From IMG/VR virus record IMGVR_UViG_3300027896_000015: DNA of 64,000 nt. One strand, written 5' to 3'. Shown one piece after another: positions 30,323 through 40,722 of the stretch (positions are counted from its first letter, which is position 1; each line of letters starts with the position of its first letter). Under the pieces are notes generated by a model, which did not search any database, was not told the origin of the DNA, and saw nothing but the letters and a program-made list of their open reading frames with translations. Made by a program: the position numbers and the translations under genes. The stretch comes from an uncultured virus (IMG/VR IMGVR_UViG_3300027896_000015). Its lineage: Duplodnaviria > Heunggongvirae > Uroviricota > Caudoviricetes.

Positions 30323-31359
30323 GAGCCGATAAGGACTACTATGCCGTCCTGGGAGTGAAGAAGGACGCGACCCCTGACGCGATCAAAAAGGCGTACCGCC
30401 GGCTCGCCATGAAGCACCATCCCGACCGGAACCAGGGCGACTCCGAGTCCGAATCGGCGTTCAAGGACGTCACGGAGGCATACGATGTGCTTTCCGACGC
30501 CCAGAAGCGCGCGCACTACGACAACGAGGGGCTTTTCAGGAGCATGCCGTACGGAGGAGAAGGAGGCATATTCAACGTCATGTTCGACGCCATGACGTTC
30601 AACTTCGGGATCGGCGGCCAGCCGCAGAGGATCGCGCGCGACATCCGCATGCCGCTTCAGATCACGCTGCAGGAGGCGTATTCGGGGTGCGTCAAGACGG
30701 TCGAATACTCCAGGGCCGTGGCCTGCGCGGCGTGCAGAGGATCGGGGATCATCGTCGATCCCGGCTCAACATGCCCGTCATGCGGAGGCGCGGGCGGCAG
30801 CATGCTGTTCCAGTGCCGATCGTGCCGCGGGACCGGAAAGCTGTCGTCGCCGTGCAGGCGGTGCGGAGGCAAAGGCCATTCGTCGCATCAGGCGAAGGCG
30901 TCCGGGTCCATACCGAAAAAGGTGAGGCCGGGATCCGTCATACTCGTCGAGGGCGGAGGCAACGACAGCGGCGACGGGTCGAAGCCTGGAAACCTGTACA
31001 TGGTCGTCTCATATCCTTCAGCCGACCCGAAGAACGGCGTGTCCGTCCTGCGAGACGGGACGATTGTCAGGGAGTGCAGCGTGCCGTGGAAGGACGTCCT
31101 GGCTGACCTGACGCGCTCCTTCAGCGTAACCGGAGGCCCGGAATGTGTGTCTCTCAAGCTCGACGGCGACCGGCCCAGCGGCCACCAGTATTCGTTCCCT
31201 AAGACGGGGATGGACGAAGCCAGACCGTTTATCCTGAAGGTATTCTACGATCTTCCTGAGAAGTTAAGTAAAAAGGCCAGAGCAAAAATAGCGAGAATAC
31301 TCGATGGCGACTCCGAGGATGCAGCCGGACAAGATACAGCTTCAGCAGGACATCATTGA
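30319..31359 (+). CDS. dnaJ: DnaJ chaperone
   Basis: J domain with HPD; four CxxCxGxG motifs. Confidence 0.92.
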   Translation: MRADKDYYAVLGVKKDATPDAIKKAYRRLAMKHHPDRNQGDSESESAFKDVTEAYDVLSDAQKRAHYDNEGLFRSMPYGGEGGIFNVMFDAMTFNFGIGGQPQRIARDIRMPLQITLQEAYSGCVKTVEYSRAVACAACRGSGIIVDPGSTCPSCGGAGGSMLFQCRSCRGTGKLSSPCRRCGGKGHSSHQAKASGSIPKKVRPGSVILVEGGGNDSGDGSKPGNLYMVVSYPSADPKNGVSVLRDGTIVRECSVPWKDVLADLTRSFSVTGGPECVSLKLDGDRPSGHQYSFPKTGMDEARPFILKVFYDLPEKLSKKARAKIARILDGDSEDAAGQDTASAGHH

Positions 31360-31510
31360 TGTGTTCTGCTTGAGGATCAAGAAGCTGTCCGAATTTCCTC
31401 CCGCCAGGCAGAAGCTGATCTGCGACGCATACAGGTTCTGGGGCATACAGTACGAGTCCGACGACCCCATGATCGCGTCCAGGACGTCGGACACGCTGGA
31501 CATAATCTGA
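31304..31510 (+). CDS. Small hypothetical protein
   Basis: Operon packing. Confidence 0.4.
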   Translation: MATPRMQPDKIQLQQDIIDVFCLRIKKLSEFPPARQKLICDAYRFWGIQYESDDPMIASRTSDTLDII

Positions 31511-31728
31511 TGAGCTTTGACACATATACGGACCAGCAGGTCAAGGACGCGCAATACGAGTTCTCGGGATACCAGCTTCCGCTGATCATCCTGGACGAGA
31601 CCGGCCCCGCCTACGTGCAGATACAGCCGAATCCCGGGAACTTCACCGGCATCCCGGAATGGTGGGGATGGGAGGATCCGTACGTCGTCCTCGATCTGGC
31701 TCCGAATATCTTGAACGGCCCATCGTAA
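31510..31728 (+). CDS. Small hypothetical protein
   Basis: TGATG overlap with upstream ORF. Confidence 0.5.
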   Translation: MSFDTYTDQQVKDAQYEFSGYQLPLIILDETGPAYVQIQPNPGNFTGIPEWWGWEDPYVVLDLAPNILNGPS

Positions 31729-31747
31729 TTGTGGTACAATGGAGGCA

Positions 31748-32377
31748 ATGGACACTCCAGAAAAGATCGCGGGCGCCTCTAACGACAGTCCTGCCGATAT
31801 TCAGGCCGAATATCTCGCCAGAGGCAACATGTATTTCGTCAGCGGCATCGTCAGGACGGACGCCGCCCCTTATGCCGTTCTCATGGACACGGAATGCTCC
31901 CGATTCCTGCCGATCGTCACGACCGCCGCCTACGCCGGATGCATCGAGAACATCCTGGGATTCAAGCCCGACCCGAACGCTTCCATATCCATGTTCGTCA
32001 CGGTCCAGATACTTTTGAAGGCCGTCGGCGTCACGATCGGAAGGTTCTCTCTCATGCTGGCCGACGACGGCCTGCTGTCCGTCGTCCTGGACCTGTATCA
32101 GGCTAACGAGGCCAGCATCTGCGTCGGGCGCGTCCCCATCATCCCGCAGGACGCCTGCATCCTCAGCGCCCTTACCCTCATGCCGTTCGCGGTGTTCGAG
32201 CGCCAGGACAATCCCATAACGATCGCCATCGGAAAGGACGACCTGGACGAAGGGACGCTCAGCCCGCAGGAATTCATGGCGGGCAAGATCAGGGAGCTTG
32301 AGGCGAAAATCGAAGCGTCCAAAAAGCCGCTGGCTAAAGCCAAGCGCGGCAAGCCGCGCAATCCCGTCCGCGCCTGA
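31748..32377 (+). CDS. Bifunctional nuclease (DUF151)-like protein
   Basis: 'RFLPIV...A..I' and 'PQDACILSALTLMPF' resemble the family pattern. Confidence 0.55.
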   Translation: MDTPEKIAGASNDSPADIQAEYLARGNMYFVSGIVRTDAAPYAVLMDTECSRFLPIVTTAAYAGCIENILGFKPDPNASISMFVTVQILLKAVGVTIGRFSLMLADDGLLSVVLDLYQANEASICVGRVPIIPQDACILSALTLMPFAVFERQDNPITIAIGKDDLDEGTLSPQEFMAGKIRELEAKIEASKKPLAKAKRGKPRNPVRA

Positions 32378-32383
32378 AACTTG

Positions 32384-34120
32384 ATGCGCTCCAAAGGCAA
32401 ATGGAATTTGAGGCAGTTTGATCCGTCGCTGCGCGACGAGCATCTCCGTTTCGGAATGCCCGAGACGGAGGCCAGGCTTCTGTCCCAGCGCGGCGTCAGG
32501 CCCGAGAACGTCAAGGCGTTCTACTCCCCGTCGCTGGCCCGCATCAGCAGCCCGTCGTCTTTCGGACCCGGCATGTCTCGCGCGGCCGAGATCATGTGCG
32601 AATGCGGACGGAATGGGTCCGCCGTCGGCATCGTCGGCGACTACGACACCGACGGGATCATGTCGGCCGCCATCATCGCCAGACTATGCAAGGACGTCGG
32701 CGCCGTTCCGCTGCCGTTCATCCCCAGGCGCGAGAAGGAAGGCTACGGGCTCAATGACGGCACGGTGATGTCCGTTTCGTCGGCATGGTCGTCGATCCCG
32801 CTTGGGGCTATATTCGTGGCAGATTCGGGATCGTCGTCCAACAGGCAAATTTTGGAGTTGAAGAGAACGTTCGGCTGCCCTGTCGTCGTCATCGACCATC
32901 ATATTCCTGACATGGCCAGATTCGCGACCGCCGCGGACGCCCATGTCAACTGGAGAGTCGAAGGCCCCGAAATGTGCGCCGCCGGCGAATGCTACATGCT
33001 TGCCAGGGCGGTCGCGGAGCTGTCCGACAAGGTCGACCCCGACAGGCAGGCGGCTCTCGCCGCCATAGCCACCGTCGCCGACATGGTTCCGGCGTCAGGC
33101 GACAACCGCACGCTGGTCAGGATCGGGCTCGGGTTCGAAATGGTCGAACGTTCGCAGTGCGACGGCCTGCAGGACTTGTGTCTGAAGTCTTGCAGCGGCA
33201 CAATCTCGCAAAGCGCCGTCTCGTTCCAGATAGCCCCCCGCATCAACTCAGCCGGAAGGGTCGACGATCCGTCGAAGTCCTTGGCCCTCATGATGACGCG
33301 GGATAAGGCCAGGATCGCGTCCCTGATGGCATCCTTGGAAGCCTACAACAAGATGAGAAAGGCCATCCAGGACGGGATGGAGAAGGAAGCCGAGAACGCG
33401 GCGTCGGAGAGCAGGCGCGACGGCGGGATACTGCTGTACAGCCCGTCATGGCATCCTGGCATATGCGGCATAGCCTGCAGCGGGCTTGTGTCCAAGCTGG
33501 GCGTCCCCTGCATCCTTTTCGGATCGTCGAACGGCAGGATCAAAGGCAGCGGAAGGTCGCTGTCGGGCGCCAGCATCAAGAGCATCATGGACGCCTGCAG
33601 CGGCCTGTTCGTAGGATACGGCGGCCACGACATGGCATGCGGAGCCGAACTGCGTCCTGACAAGGTGTCCGAGGCGTCAGACGTTTTCGACAGGGCATGC
33701 CTGGAACACTACGCCGTTCACGGCAGGCCGTCCGCCGACAAAAGGTACGACGCCGAAATATCCGTATCCCAGGTGAACAAGAAGAACGCGTTCAAGCTGT
33801 TCAAGACGTTCTATCCGTACTCCGACAAGGACAACCCCGAGCCGGTGTTTAAGATCGCCGGGGCGACGGCCGAATCGGTCAAGCTGCGCGCTGGAGACTA
33901 TTCCCGATTCACGACGTTCAGGCTCGTGAAGGACGGGAAAAGGACGCCATTGGAACTGATGCTGTTCCATGGCGAAGGCGAGCCCGTCAGGAATGGAGAC
34001 CTTGTGGACGCCTATGTCTCCTTGCCGCAGATCGGCGCCGACGCGGAGGAAGGATGGGATGCGGGATACGAAGCGACGGCCGACGTCGTAGAGATATGTC
34101 TGGCAAACCGATGCAGCTAA
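32384..34120 (+). CDS. recJ: ssDNA exonuclease RecJ
   Basis: 'GDYDTDG', 'IDHH', 'ATVADM', 'PRINSAGR', 'GSGRS', 'GGH'. Confidence 0.92.
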   Translation: MRSKGKWNLRQFDPSLRDEHLRFGMPETEARLLSQRGVRPENVKAFYSPSLARISSPSSFGPGMSRAAEIMCECGRNGSAVGIVGDYDTDGIMSAAIIARLCKDVGAVPLPFIPRREKEGYGLNDGTVMSVSSAWSSIPLGAIFVADSGSSSNRQILELKRTFGCPVVVIDHHIPDMARFATAADAHVNWRVEGPEMCAAGECYMLARAVAELSDKVDPDRQAALAAIATVADMVPASGDNRTLVRIGLGFEMVERSQCDGLQDLCLKSCSGTISQSAVSFQIAPRINSAGRVDDPSKSLALMMTRDKARIASLMASLEAYNKMRKAIQDGMEKEAENAASESRRDGGILLYSPSWHPGICGIACSGLVSKLGVPCILFGSSNGRIKGSGRSLSGASIKSIMDACSGLFVGYGGHDMACGAELRPDKVSEASDVFDRACLEHYAVHGRPSADKRYDAEISVSQVNKKNAFKLFKTFYPYSDKDNPEPVFKIAGATAESVKLRAGDYSRFTTFRLVKDGKRTPLELMLFHGEGEPVRNGDLVDAYVSLPQIGADAEEGWDAGYEATADVVEICLANRCS

Positions 34121-34127
34121 TGATAGG

Positions 34128-34529
34128 ATGTTCTGTAATTGGTACAGGAGGCTGAAAATGAGCGAAAGCGAAAAGACATCAGCGACGGAGAAGCCTGCCG
34201 GAAAGTTCCTGTCCGACAGGTCCAAGCAGGTCGGCAGAGACGGCGCATACCTGGAGGTCGAGTCGAAAGGCCTTCTGGAGTCCCTTAAGGACGGCGAGCT
34301 TCTGGCGGCCAACATGATCGTGATCACGGATTCCAGGATGGATATCTCAGACCCCGACCGCGTCGAGGAGCTGAAGGCCGTCGTCGAGAAAGTCGCGTCG
34401 GGATTCTACGATGACGATCTGAAGAACATGGACGACCGGCAGAGAAGCCTCTTCGTCGTCCGGAAAATAGTCGAGATGGGCATATCGGCGCTGGCGAAGG
34501 CTTGCGGAGTGGCCAAAAAAGAGGACTAA
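34128..34529 (+). CDS. Hypothetical protein
   Basis: ORF with GGAGG before an internal ATG; start uncertain. Confidence 0.55.
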   Translation: MFCNWYRRLKMSESEKTSATEKPAGKFLSDRSKQVGRDGAYLEVESKGLLESLKDGELLAANMIVITDSRMDISDPDRVEELKAVVEKVASGFYDDDLKNMDDRQRSLFVVRKIVEMGISALAKACGVAKKED

Positions 34530-34534
34530 ACAAC

Positions 34535-35338
34535 ATGCGGCAGCAGCTTAATTCGGAAACGCTTGATTTGTTTGGAAAACCCCGTTCCGTCGAGCTGACG
34601 CAGGAATATTGGAATGCGATCCTGGTCATCGCATTTTGTAGGCACGACCACATGAAGTTCAGCGAGGAAAGCGGGAGAAGCCGAGGAACGTTCAAAAATC
34701 TCATGGGGCAGATCGGCGGCATCATGGGAGAAGTTTCATTCCTGCGTTTCTTGTCCCGCTGTCCTGGAATAAGAATTCTTCATGGGCTTGCCACCAGATG
34801 CGACACCGGCAAATGCGACATGAAAATTTTCGTCGGAGGCGCGTGGATCAACGCGGAAATCAAGACGCACCTGATTCTCCCCAATAAATTCCTGTTCATG
34901 ATCTATGAGGGCGCGCACGAAATATCTAAGCAGAAAGGAATGGACTTTTATGTGCCGTTCATCTCGGCTTTCGGGTCCGATGTGGCTTTAATGGGGAGAC
35001 TATTGTCGCCAGATGACGTCGACAAATGGGCGGTCGCAAATCACGGCTACAAGACAGAACCGAAAGAAGAGCCACTGAACAGCATTTGCCCGCTGTATTT
35101 TAACGACAACTTCAGCGCAATAGAGACGCGGCTATACGATCACAAGAATTTGTTCGGCATGCCGACCCGCGACATTAACGGACTCATTGAACGAGAATCG
35201 CTGGAATTCGTTGACGTCGATCTTTTCTGCAGAGCCGGGGCAATTTTTTATCAGAAGGCATACGCAGAAGGATATACAAGTCGGCCTTTTGACGAGACCA
35301 TTATGCTGGCTCTTGAGTGCCTTAAGCTTGCTAAATAG
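34535..35338 (+). CDS. Putative PD-(D/E)xK nuclease
   Basis: 'GIMGE...KCDMKI...NAEIKT'; visibly lower GC. Confidence 0.5.
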   Translation: MRQQLNSETLDLFGKPRSVELTQEYWNAILVIAFCRHDHMKFSEESGRSRGTFKNLMGQIGGIMGEVSFLRFLSRCPGIRILHGLATRCDTGKCDMKIFVGGAWINAEIKTHLILPNKFLFMIYEGAHEISKQKGMDFYVPFISAFGSDVALMGRLLSPDDVDKWAVANHGYKTEPKEEPLNSICPLYFNDNFSAIETRLYDHKNLFGMPTRDINGLIERESLEFVDVDLFCRAGAIFYQKAYAEGYTSRPFDETIMLALECLKLAK

Positions 35339-35359
35339 CACAACGGTTAAGAACATCTC

Positions 35360-35686
35360 ATGGCATCACTGCAGGAACATTGCGACGACTGCAAGCGCGA
35401 GCTGGGAGACGAGTTCCGCCACGTCCACCTTTGGCTCGACGAGCTCTTTAAGACAATGGGTCCGAAGCACAGGGACGCCAGACATCATGCCGGCGGAGTG
35501 GAGCGCGTCAGGGCTGTCTGGGGCGACGCCGCCGCCAGGGCCGCCGAGATACACATCAAAAAGGACTACAACGGGAAGGTTCCGACCGAAAAGGAAGCCC
35601 AGATGTGGAGTCTGTTCGGTAAGGACGGATGCTGCGACGGCAGGACGTTTTTAAGCGACGAACCGGATGCTACAAAGCAGCCATAA
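35360..35686 (+). CDS. His-rich phage protein (DUF6915-like)
   Basis: 'VHLWLD..HRDARHH..G..HIKKD..KVPT'. Confidence 0.5.
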   Translation: MASLQEHCDDCKRELGDEFRHVHLWLDELFKTMGPKHRDARHHAGGVERVRAVWGDAAARAAEIHIKKDYNGKVPTEKEAQMWSLFGKDGCCDGRTFLSDEPDATKQP

Positions 35687-35781
35687 CGGCTGCTACAAAG
35701 TAGCGCTAGAATGTGCTTGATTATCCGTTTTTGTTGTGATATCATTCTTGCATGGAAATCAGACATTTTAGGAGATAGCCA

Positions 35782-36390
35782 GTGAAAGTCAGAAAATTAG
35801 AAGAATCGATAGCGGTCGCTGACGACGTCCGTTCTCTTACCAAAACGGGCGCGGCAATGTCGCTGTCGGAAACGGTCAGGGACTTGGCGCAATCGTTGTC
35901 GGGAAAAGGCGTCAAGTGGGCGCTGTGCGGGGGCCTTGCGGTCGGAGTGCACGCCAATCCACGCGGGACTAGCGACGTCGACATCATTCTGGAGAATGAT
36001 GCCGCCATCGATGATGTCGTCCGTTTGTCGAACAGTTTGTTCAAAAAAAACAGGCCGCATGCCATGACCAACAATATGACAGGAGTCGAGGTGGAATTTG
36101 TAACCCCTGAACACGTCAACGTTTCTCCTGGTGTTGTGTCCACGGCGATTGAAACCGCTAAGTGGTCTCTGTTTGGAGGAATTGAGATACCCGTTGTCAC
36201 AAGATCGGGTTTGGTCGCGATGAAGCTCGAAAGGGGCAGCCGACAGGATTTGGCTGACATAGAGGCTGTGATCAGGTCTGGAAGCGTGGTCGACGTGTCT
36301 GCATACGGACTTTCGGAATCCAAGATGTCCGTCCTGCGCGAAATCGAGAACGATGTGCTGAACATCGGCGAAAAAACAAGGAAATCTTGA
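35782..36390 (+). CDS. Nucleotidyltransferase (AbiEii-like fold)
   Basis: 'ALCGGLAV..H..PRGTSDVDI', 'LVAMKL...QDLADI'. Confidence 0.75.
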   Translation: MKVRKLEESIAVADDVRSLTKTGAAMSLSETVRDLAQSLSGKGVKWALCGGLAVGVHANPRGTSDVDIILENDAAIDDVVRLSNSLFKKNRPHAMTNNMTGVEVEFVTPEHVNVSPGVVSTAIETAKWSLFGGIEIPVVTRSGLVAMKLERGSRQDLADIEAVIRSGSVVDVSAYGLSESKMSVLREIENDVLNIGEKTRKS

Positions 36391-36415
36391 TGGTTTTCGA
36401 GAACAATAACGCAAC

Positions 36416-36873
36416 GGGCCTGATTGGTTTCGACATGGGTGTCGGACAGGCTGGCTGCATGCCGAGGACTCCGGTTGGCCTCGTAAAACATCCGGAAGAA
36501 CGAATAAGTGCCAAAAACACAGGCACCACGGTGCTCGCGCGCCTGAACAAGACGGTCTTGGCCCGGCTTAACACGCCGGTCTACTCCGTCTCCGAAGTCG
36601 CGTTCGCTGTCTAAACAACAGCACACCCCCAAAACGGAGGGCCGCCGCAGCAACCTCCTGACGGGTCAAAGATCGCGGATGGCTGATCGGAAAGACGATC
36701 TGGCCGGGAAGGCGGGAGCGGTCAGCTGAAGCCCGCCTTGGAGCCTGGGGACATCACCAGGGCCGCTTCCTTGGCGCGGCGGGCAGCAATGCCTTGAAGC
36801 CGGGGAGAAGCATGTGGTAGCCATCTTCGAAGACCCTGTGGACGCGAGGTTCAACTCCTCGCCAGGTCCACCA
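36416..36873 (+). ncRNA. ssrA: tmRNA
   Basis: 5' GGGCCTGA..TTCGAC; 3' T-arm then CAGGTCC-ACCA; G3:U70 Ala determinant; tag ORF 36510-36614 after ATAAGT. Confidence 0.9.
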
Positions 36874-36877
36874 TTTT

Positions 36878-37222
36878 GGGGAAGGCCGCTTGTCTGGTTG
36901 TTAGGCTCTTCGAAGCCGGGTTGCGATTCCTTTCGCGATCTGGCGATCGATGGCGAAAGCCGTTGGGAGCCTTTCGATCTGCGGTGCTATGCCGTATATG
37001 GGGACGTCAGCGTCCTCGGGATGTGGGATGCCGGGCGCCGCTGAACGGCGATGGCCGGGTCAGCCGATTCGTTGGTGTTTCGGTTGCGAAGGCCGACAGC
37101 GCGGCATCGTTTCTGTACAATGCCTGGGAATCCTCGGGCTGGAGACAGAAAAGGTGGGACCAAGGTTGGAATCTTGGACGGCATTAGAAGGCGCAAGCGT
37201 TCGGCACCGGCGGACTTCCCCA
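36878..37222 (+). ncRNA. Unassigned ~345-nt structured RNA
   Basis: Ends pair (GGGGAAG-G-CCGC / GCGG-A-CTTCCCC); several internal hairpins, some with GNRA loops; followed by a T-run. Confidence 0.55.
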
Positions 37223-37240
37223 TTTTTTACGGAGAGAATC

Positions 37241-37759
37241 GTGAACCCGAGAAACACAAGGCGAGTATACGTCCTCAACAACTCGTACGAGTGCGTCAGC
37301 CAGACCACCGTCGGCCGGGCTATCTACATGATCGAGAGCCATGCCGCCGAAGTCGTCAGGTGGTCGGACGAAGTCGTCAAGACGGTCAGGAGGGTCGTCA
37401 GGATTCCTCTGATCATCCGCATTTTTAAGTACGTTCGGGCTTTTGGCAGAATTTTGAAATATACGAACCGCTTCGTATGGGAACGGGACGATTTTTACTG
37501 CCAATATTGTCACAAGAAGATCACATCAAAAGCCGATCTACAAACCGACCACGTCATACCCGAAAGCCGCGGGGGCAAGACGACATACGACAACATGGTC
37601 ACCGCCTGCAGGGAATGCAACGCGAAGAAGGACAACAAGACGCCTTTCGAGGCGCATATGACCCTGCTCCGAAAGCCTGTCCGCCCTCAGATGTCCAAGA
37701 ACATGGCCAAGATCGCCGACGAGGCGAAGCGCATCATGACGGAAGAGGTCGGCCTATAG
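37241..37759 (+). CDS. HNH endonuclease (McrA-like)
   Basis: 'RDDFYCQYC..DHVIPESRGG..NMVTACRECNAKK'; GTG start with GGAGAG RBS. Confidence 0.88.
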   Translation: MNPRNTRRVYVLNNSYECVSQTTVGRAIYMIESHAAEVVRWSDEVVKTVRRVVRIPLIIRIFKYVRAFGRILKYTNRFVWERDDFYCQYCHKKITSKADLQTDHVIPESRGGKTTYDNMVTACRECNAKKDNKTPFEAHMTLLRKPVRPQMSKNMAKIADEAKRIMTEEVGL

Positions 37760-37777
37760 GCGAAAGGTTCTGGAAAC

Positions 37778-38437
37778 ATGCAGAGAGTCGCCGCACTGTT
37801 CGTTCGCGCCGACAGCGTCTATAAGACGCTGCCCGACGTGGAGTGCTACGACGCCGAACGCGACGCCAGGACATGGCCCGGCGGGTGCCCGGCGGTTGCG
37901 CATCCTCCGTGCCGGACATGGGGAGGCTTGAAGGCGTTCGTAAAGTCGGCCCCCGCAGACGAACATGACCTGGGTCCATGGGCTATCGATCAGGTGCGCC
38001 GCTGGGGCGGCGTGGTCGAACATCCCAAGAGCAGCACGCTGTATCGGGACTGCGGCTGCGGATTAATTGACGGCGTGCCTGACCAGTGGGGAGGATGGAC
38101 GCTGGTCGTCGACCAATTTCATTGGGGGCACAAGGCGCGCAAGCCGACAAGGCTTTATATCGTCGGAACGCGAGACGTCCCGCCGATGCCGCACCGGGAC
38201 GGTCAGCCGACGCATAACCTGAGCCGATTAAGCCGCACGAAGGAGAACAGGCAGGCCAAAGGGCCGCATTTGCCGGAATTGAGCGCGAAGGCCCGCGAGG
38301 CCACGCCAATTGCTTTTGCCGTCTGGCTTGTGGAGTTGGCTCGAAGGTGCGGCAAAAACAGCGATGTCAGCCGTCGTTTCGATTTGTTCAGTTCGGACGA
38401 GCAACTCGGCATGCGTCCCGCGGAGAAAAACCCATGA
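37778..38437 (+). CDS. Phage DNA cytosine methyltransferase-like protein
   Basis: 'VAALF', 'AHPPC', 'VEHP', 'GHKARKPTRL'. Confidence 0.65.
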   Translation: MQRVAALFVRADSVYKTLPDVECYDAERDARTWPGGCPAVAHPPCRTWGGLKAFVKSAPADEHDLGPWAIDQVRRWGGVVEHPKSSTLYRDCGCGLIDGVPDQWGGWTLVVDQFHWGHKARKPTRLYIVGTRDVPPMPHRDGQPTHNLSRLSRTKENRQAKGPHLPELSAKAREATPIAFAVWLVELARRCGKNSDVSRRFDLFSSDEQLGMRPAEKNP

Positions 38438-38766
38438 ACCAAAGTGCGTCAGCAGCCGATCCGTTCGACGACGATTGTACGCCTATAGTAACTGTTGCGT
38501 CTGCGAGGCGGATCGTGCGGATTAAACACGCCAAGACTATGGCGCGAGCTTTGTCTACTGCGGACGGAAGATGGGCGCTGCGGAAGGTGCTAAGAAACAT
38601 GATTTCTGACTACGGCAATCGGGTCGACGAAGTCACGGGCAGGACATATGCGAAGCTTCTAGGAATTCTTGACGACCCGCTTGCCGGCGGCGATCTTGCT
38701 GCGCTGGTCAAATTACTGGATGAAAAGATCACGTCCTTGGAAATGGACGTTGACTTTCCCGAGTAG
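38434..38766 (+). CDS. Hypothetical protein
   Basis: ATGA overlap. Confidence 0.5.
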   Translation: MNQSASAADPFDDDCTPIVTVASARRIVRIKHAKTMARALSTADGRWALRKVLRNMISDYGNRVDEVTGRTYAKLLGILDDPLAGGDLAALVKLLDEKITSLEMDVDFPE

Positions 38767-38784
38767 CCGTCGTATAGTCGTCCC

Positions 38785-39477
38785 ATGCAAGAACCATCCA
38801 TGTGCCCTGTTTTGTACTACAGCGACGACGTTGTCGACCTGTATCACGGGGACTTCATGTCTTTTACATGGACCCGCCCTGAATTCAGCCTCATTTTAAC
38901 CGATCCTCCGTACGATTTCAGCGCCGACAAGAAGAACGCCGTCCATGCCAAGCTGACGGAAAGGTCCAGGCAGATCATCGTCTTCTCGCCTCCCGAGAAC
39001 CAGTGGATTCTTCCCGCCGACCAGTACGGCTTCTGGGTCAAGCCGATCTCGACCAAGAACACATCCAAGCGGTACTCCAGGTTCGTCGAGATGCTGTTCA
39101 TGTACGGTGTCCGGTTTCAGGACGCCAAAAGGCACTGGTCGCAGTACACCAATGTGTTCCACGATCTCGTCGAAGGGGAGAGCGACCATCCGTTCGAGAA
39201 GCCGCGATCGCTGATATCCAGACTGATCTTCAACCACACTAAGGCAGGAGACGTCATCTTCGACCCGTTCTGCGGATCTGGAACGACGCTGGTCTGTGCG
39301 AAGACGATGGGCAGGAAGGCGATCGGCATTGACGCATCCAAGACGGCATGCGACATGGCCGTGGAAAGGCTGGAGTCCACATCCGTTCCGCCAAGCATTT
39401 GCGAGGAGAAACATGAAGCCGAAAAACAAGTCCAAGAAAATGCCGGCATTGTCCAAGGGAACGATTCGGTGCTTTGA
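38785..39477 (+). CDS. DNA N4/N6 methyltransferase
   Basis: 'LTDPPY', 'HPFEKP', 'DPFCGSGTT'. Confidence 0.88.
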   Translation: MQEPSMCPVLYYSDDVVDLYHGDFMSFTWTRPEFSLILTDPPYDFSADKKNAVHAKLTERSRQIIVFSPPENQWILPADQYGFWVKPISTKNTSKRYSRFVEMLFMYGVRFQDAKRHWSQYTNVFHDLVEGESDHPFEKPRSLISRLIFNHTKAGDVIFDPFCGSGTTLVCAKTMGRKAIGIDASKTACDMAVERLESTSVPPSICEEKHEAEKQVQENAGIVQGNDSVL

Positions 39478-39739
39478 CGGCGGCTGTTCCGAACATCGCC
39501 AATGCCGTCGCTGGCTGGAACGCAACGACAAGGGCGCCGACGCCCTGCCTAGTCTGTTTCCGTACGACATCCCTCTGTGCAGCCCGTGCCCACTGAAAAT
39601 CGCCGCTGAATAACCCCGTTAGGCGCGAAATTGTGCTTGCTATCAAAAACCACTTGTGATATATTCCTTGCCAGCACAACAGGAAAGGTGGATGATAAGC
39701 CAGCGGACAGCGTCGCTGGTTTCTTAGCTATGAAAAGCC

Positions 39740-40708
39740 ATGAAAAATAACAGATCAACAAAAAAGCTGACTGTGTCGTCACTGTTTTGCGGAGCCGGAG
39801 GCATGGATATTGGCTTCTCCGATGCTGGGTTTGAAGTGGTCTGGGCGAACGACCACAATCAGGACGCCTGCGACACGTATCGGCGCCAAATCGGGGCCGA
39901 GGTGGTCTGCGCCGATGTTGCAACGATGAGCCCGTCTGGCATGCCTGATACAGATATTATCATTGGGGGATTCCCGTGCCAAGGTTTCAGCTTCGCTGGC
40001 AACCGCAAGCTTGACGACAGCCGGAACGTGCTTTATCGCCATTTGGTTCGCTGCGTCGGGGACAAAAAACCGATAGCGTTCGTCGCCGAGAACGTCACAG
40101 GACTTCTGACGATCGGAGGATCCGACCGTACGATGAGGATGATTATCAAGGCCTTCGAGTCGAAGGGATATGTCGTGAATTGGGAAATTTTGAACGCCTG
40201 CAGAATGGGCGTTCCGCAGGAAAGAAAGAGGGTGTTCATCGTCGGCATCAGAAGGGACATCGGAATTGAGCCGACTCTGCCGGATCATGACGACGTCAAG
40301 ACCACGATGAAAGATGTCCTGTGGGGCTTGCCAGAACCAGATCATGACGATGTTTTTTGGGGTTCATTCTCGTCTCAGTTCATGAGCCGGAACAGATGGA
40401 GAGGCTGGGATGAGCCGTCCTTCACCGTCATCGCCAAGCCCGACAAGGCCCCGCTGCACCCTTCGTCGCCCCCGATGATCCAGGTTTCGAAGGAGCAGTG
40501 GAAATTCGGCGCCGGAAAAACACGGAGAATGTCCTGGAGGGAGGTAGCCATGATTCAGACGTTCCCGAAAGGCATGGAGTTTTCTGGAAGCCTGTCGTCA
40601 AAGTACCATCAGATAGGCAACGCCGTTCCGTGCAAGCTTGCCGAAAGGGTGGCCGCTAATCTGATCAGGGACCTGGCAGGCAAGGGAAGAAAAAGCCTCT
40701 TCTCGTAG
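39740..40708 (+). CDS. C5 DNA cytosine methyltransferase (HaeIII/BsuRI-like target-recognition domain)
   Basis: 'LFCGAGG', 'GGFPCQ', 'ENV', 'QERKR', 'MSRNR', 'GNAVP'. Confidence 0.93.
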   Translation: MKNNRSTKKLTVSSLFCGAGGMDIGFSDAGFEVVWANDHNQDACDTYRRQIGAEVVCADVATMSPSGMPDTDIIIGGFPCQGFSFAGNRKLDDSRNVLYRHLVRCVGDKKPIAFVAENVTGLLTIGGSDRTMRMIIKAFESKGYVVNWEILNACRMGVPQERKRVFIVGIRRDIGIEPTLPDHDDVKTTMKDVLWGLPEPDHDDVFWGSFSSQFMSRNRWRGWDEPSFTVIAKPDKAPLHPSSPPMIQVSKEQWKFGAGKTRRMSWREVAMIQTFPKGMEFSGSLSSKYHQIGNAVPCKLAERVAANLIRDLAGKGRKSLFS

Positions 40709-40722
40709 CAGGCGTTTGTCCT

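Noticed and set aside
34535..35338. Complete restriction-modification pair
   Set aside because: The nuclease call is weak and no methyltransferase is adjacent.
36387..36614. 75-aa ORF as a protein gene
   Set aside because: It overlaps the tmRNA 5' end; its 3' part is the tag reading frame.
36878..37222. RNase P, SRP RNA or group I/II intron
   Set aside because: Core motifs (GAGGAAAGUCC, SRP helix 8, P7, domain V) not found by eye.
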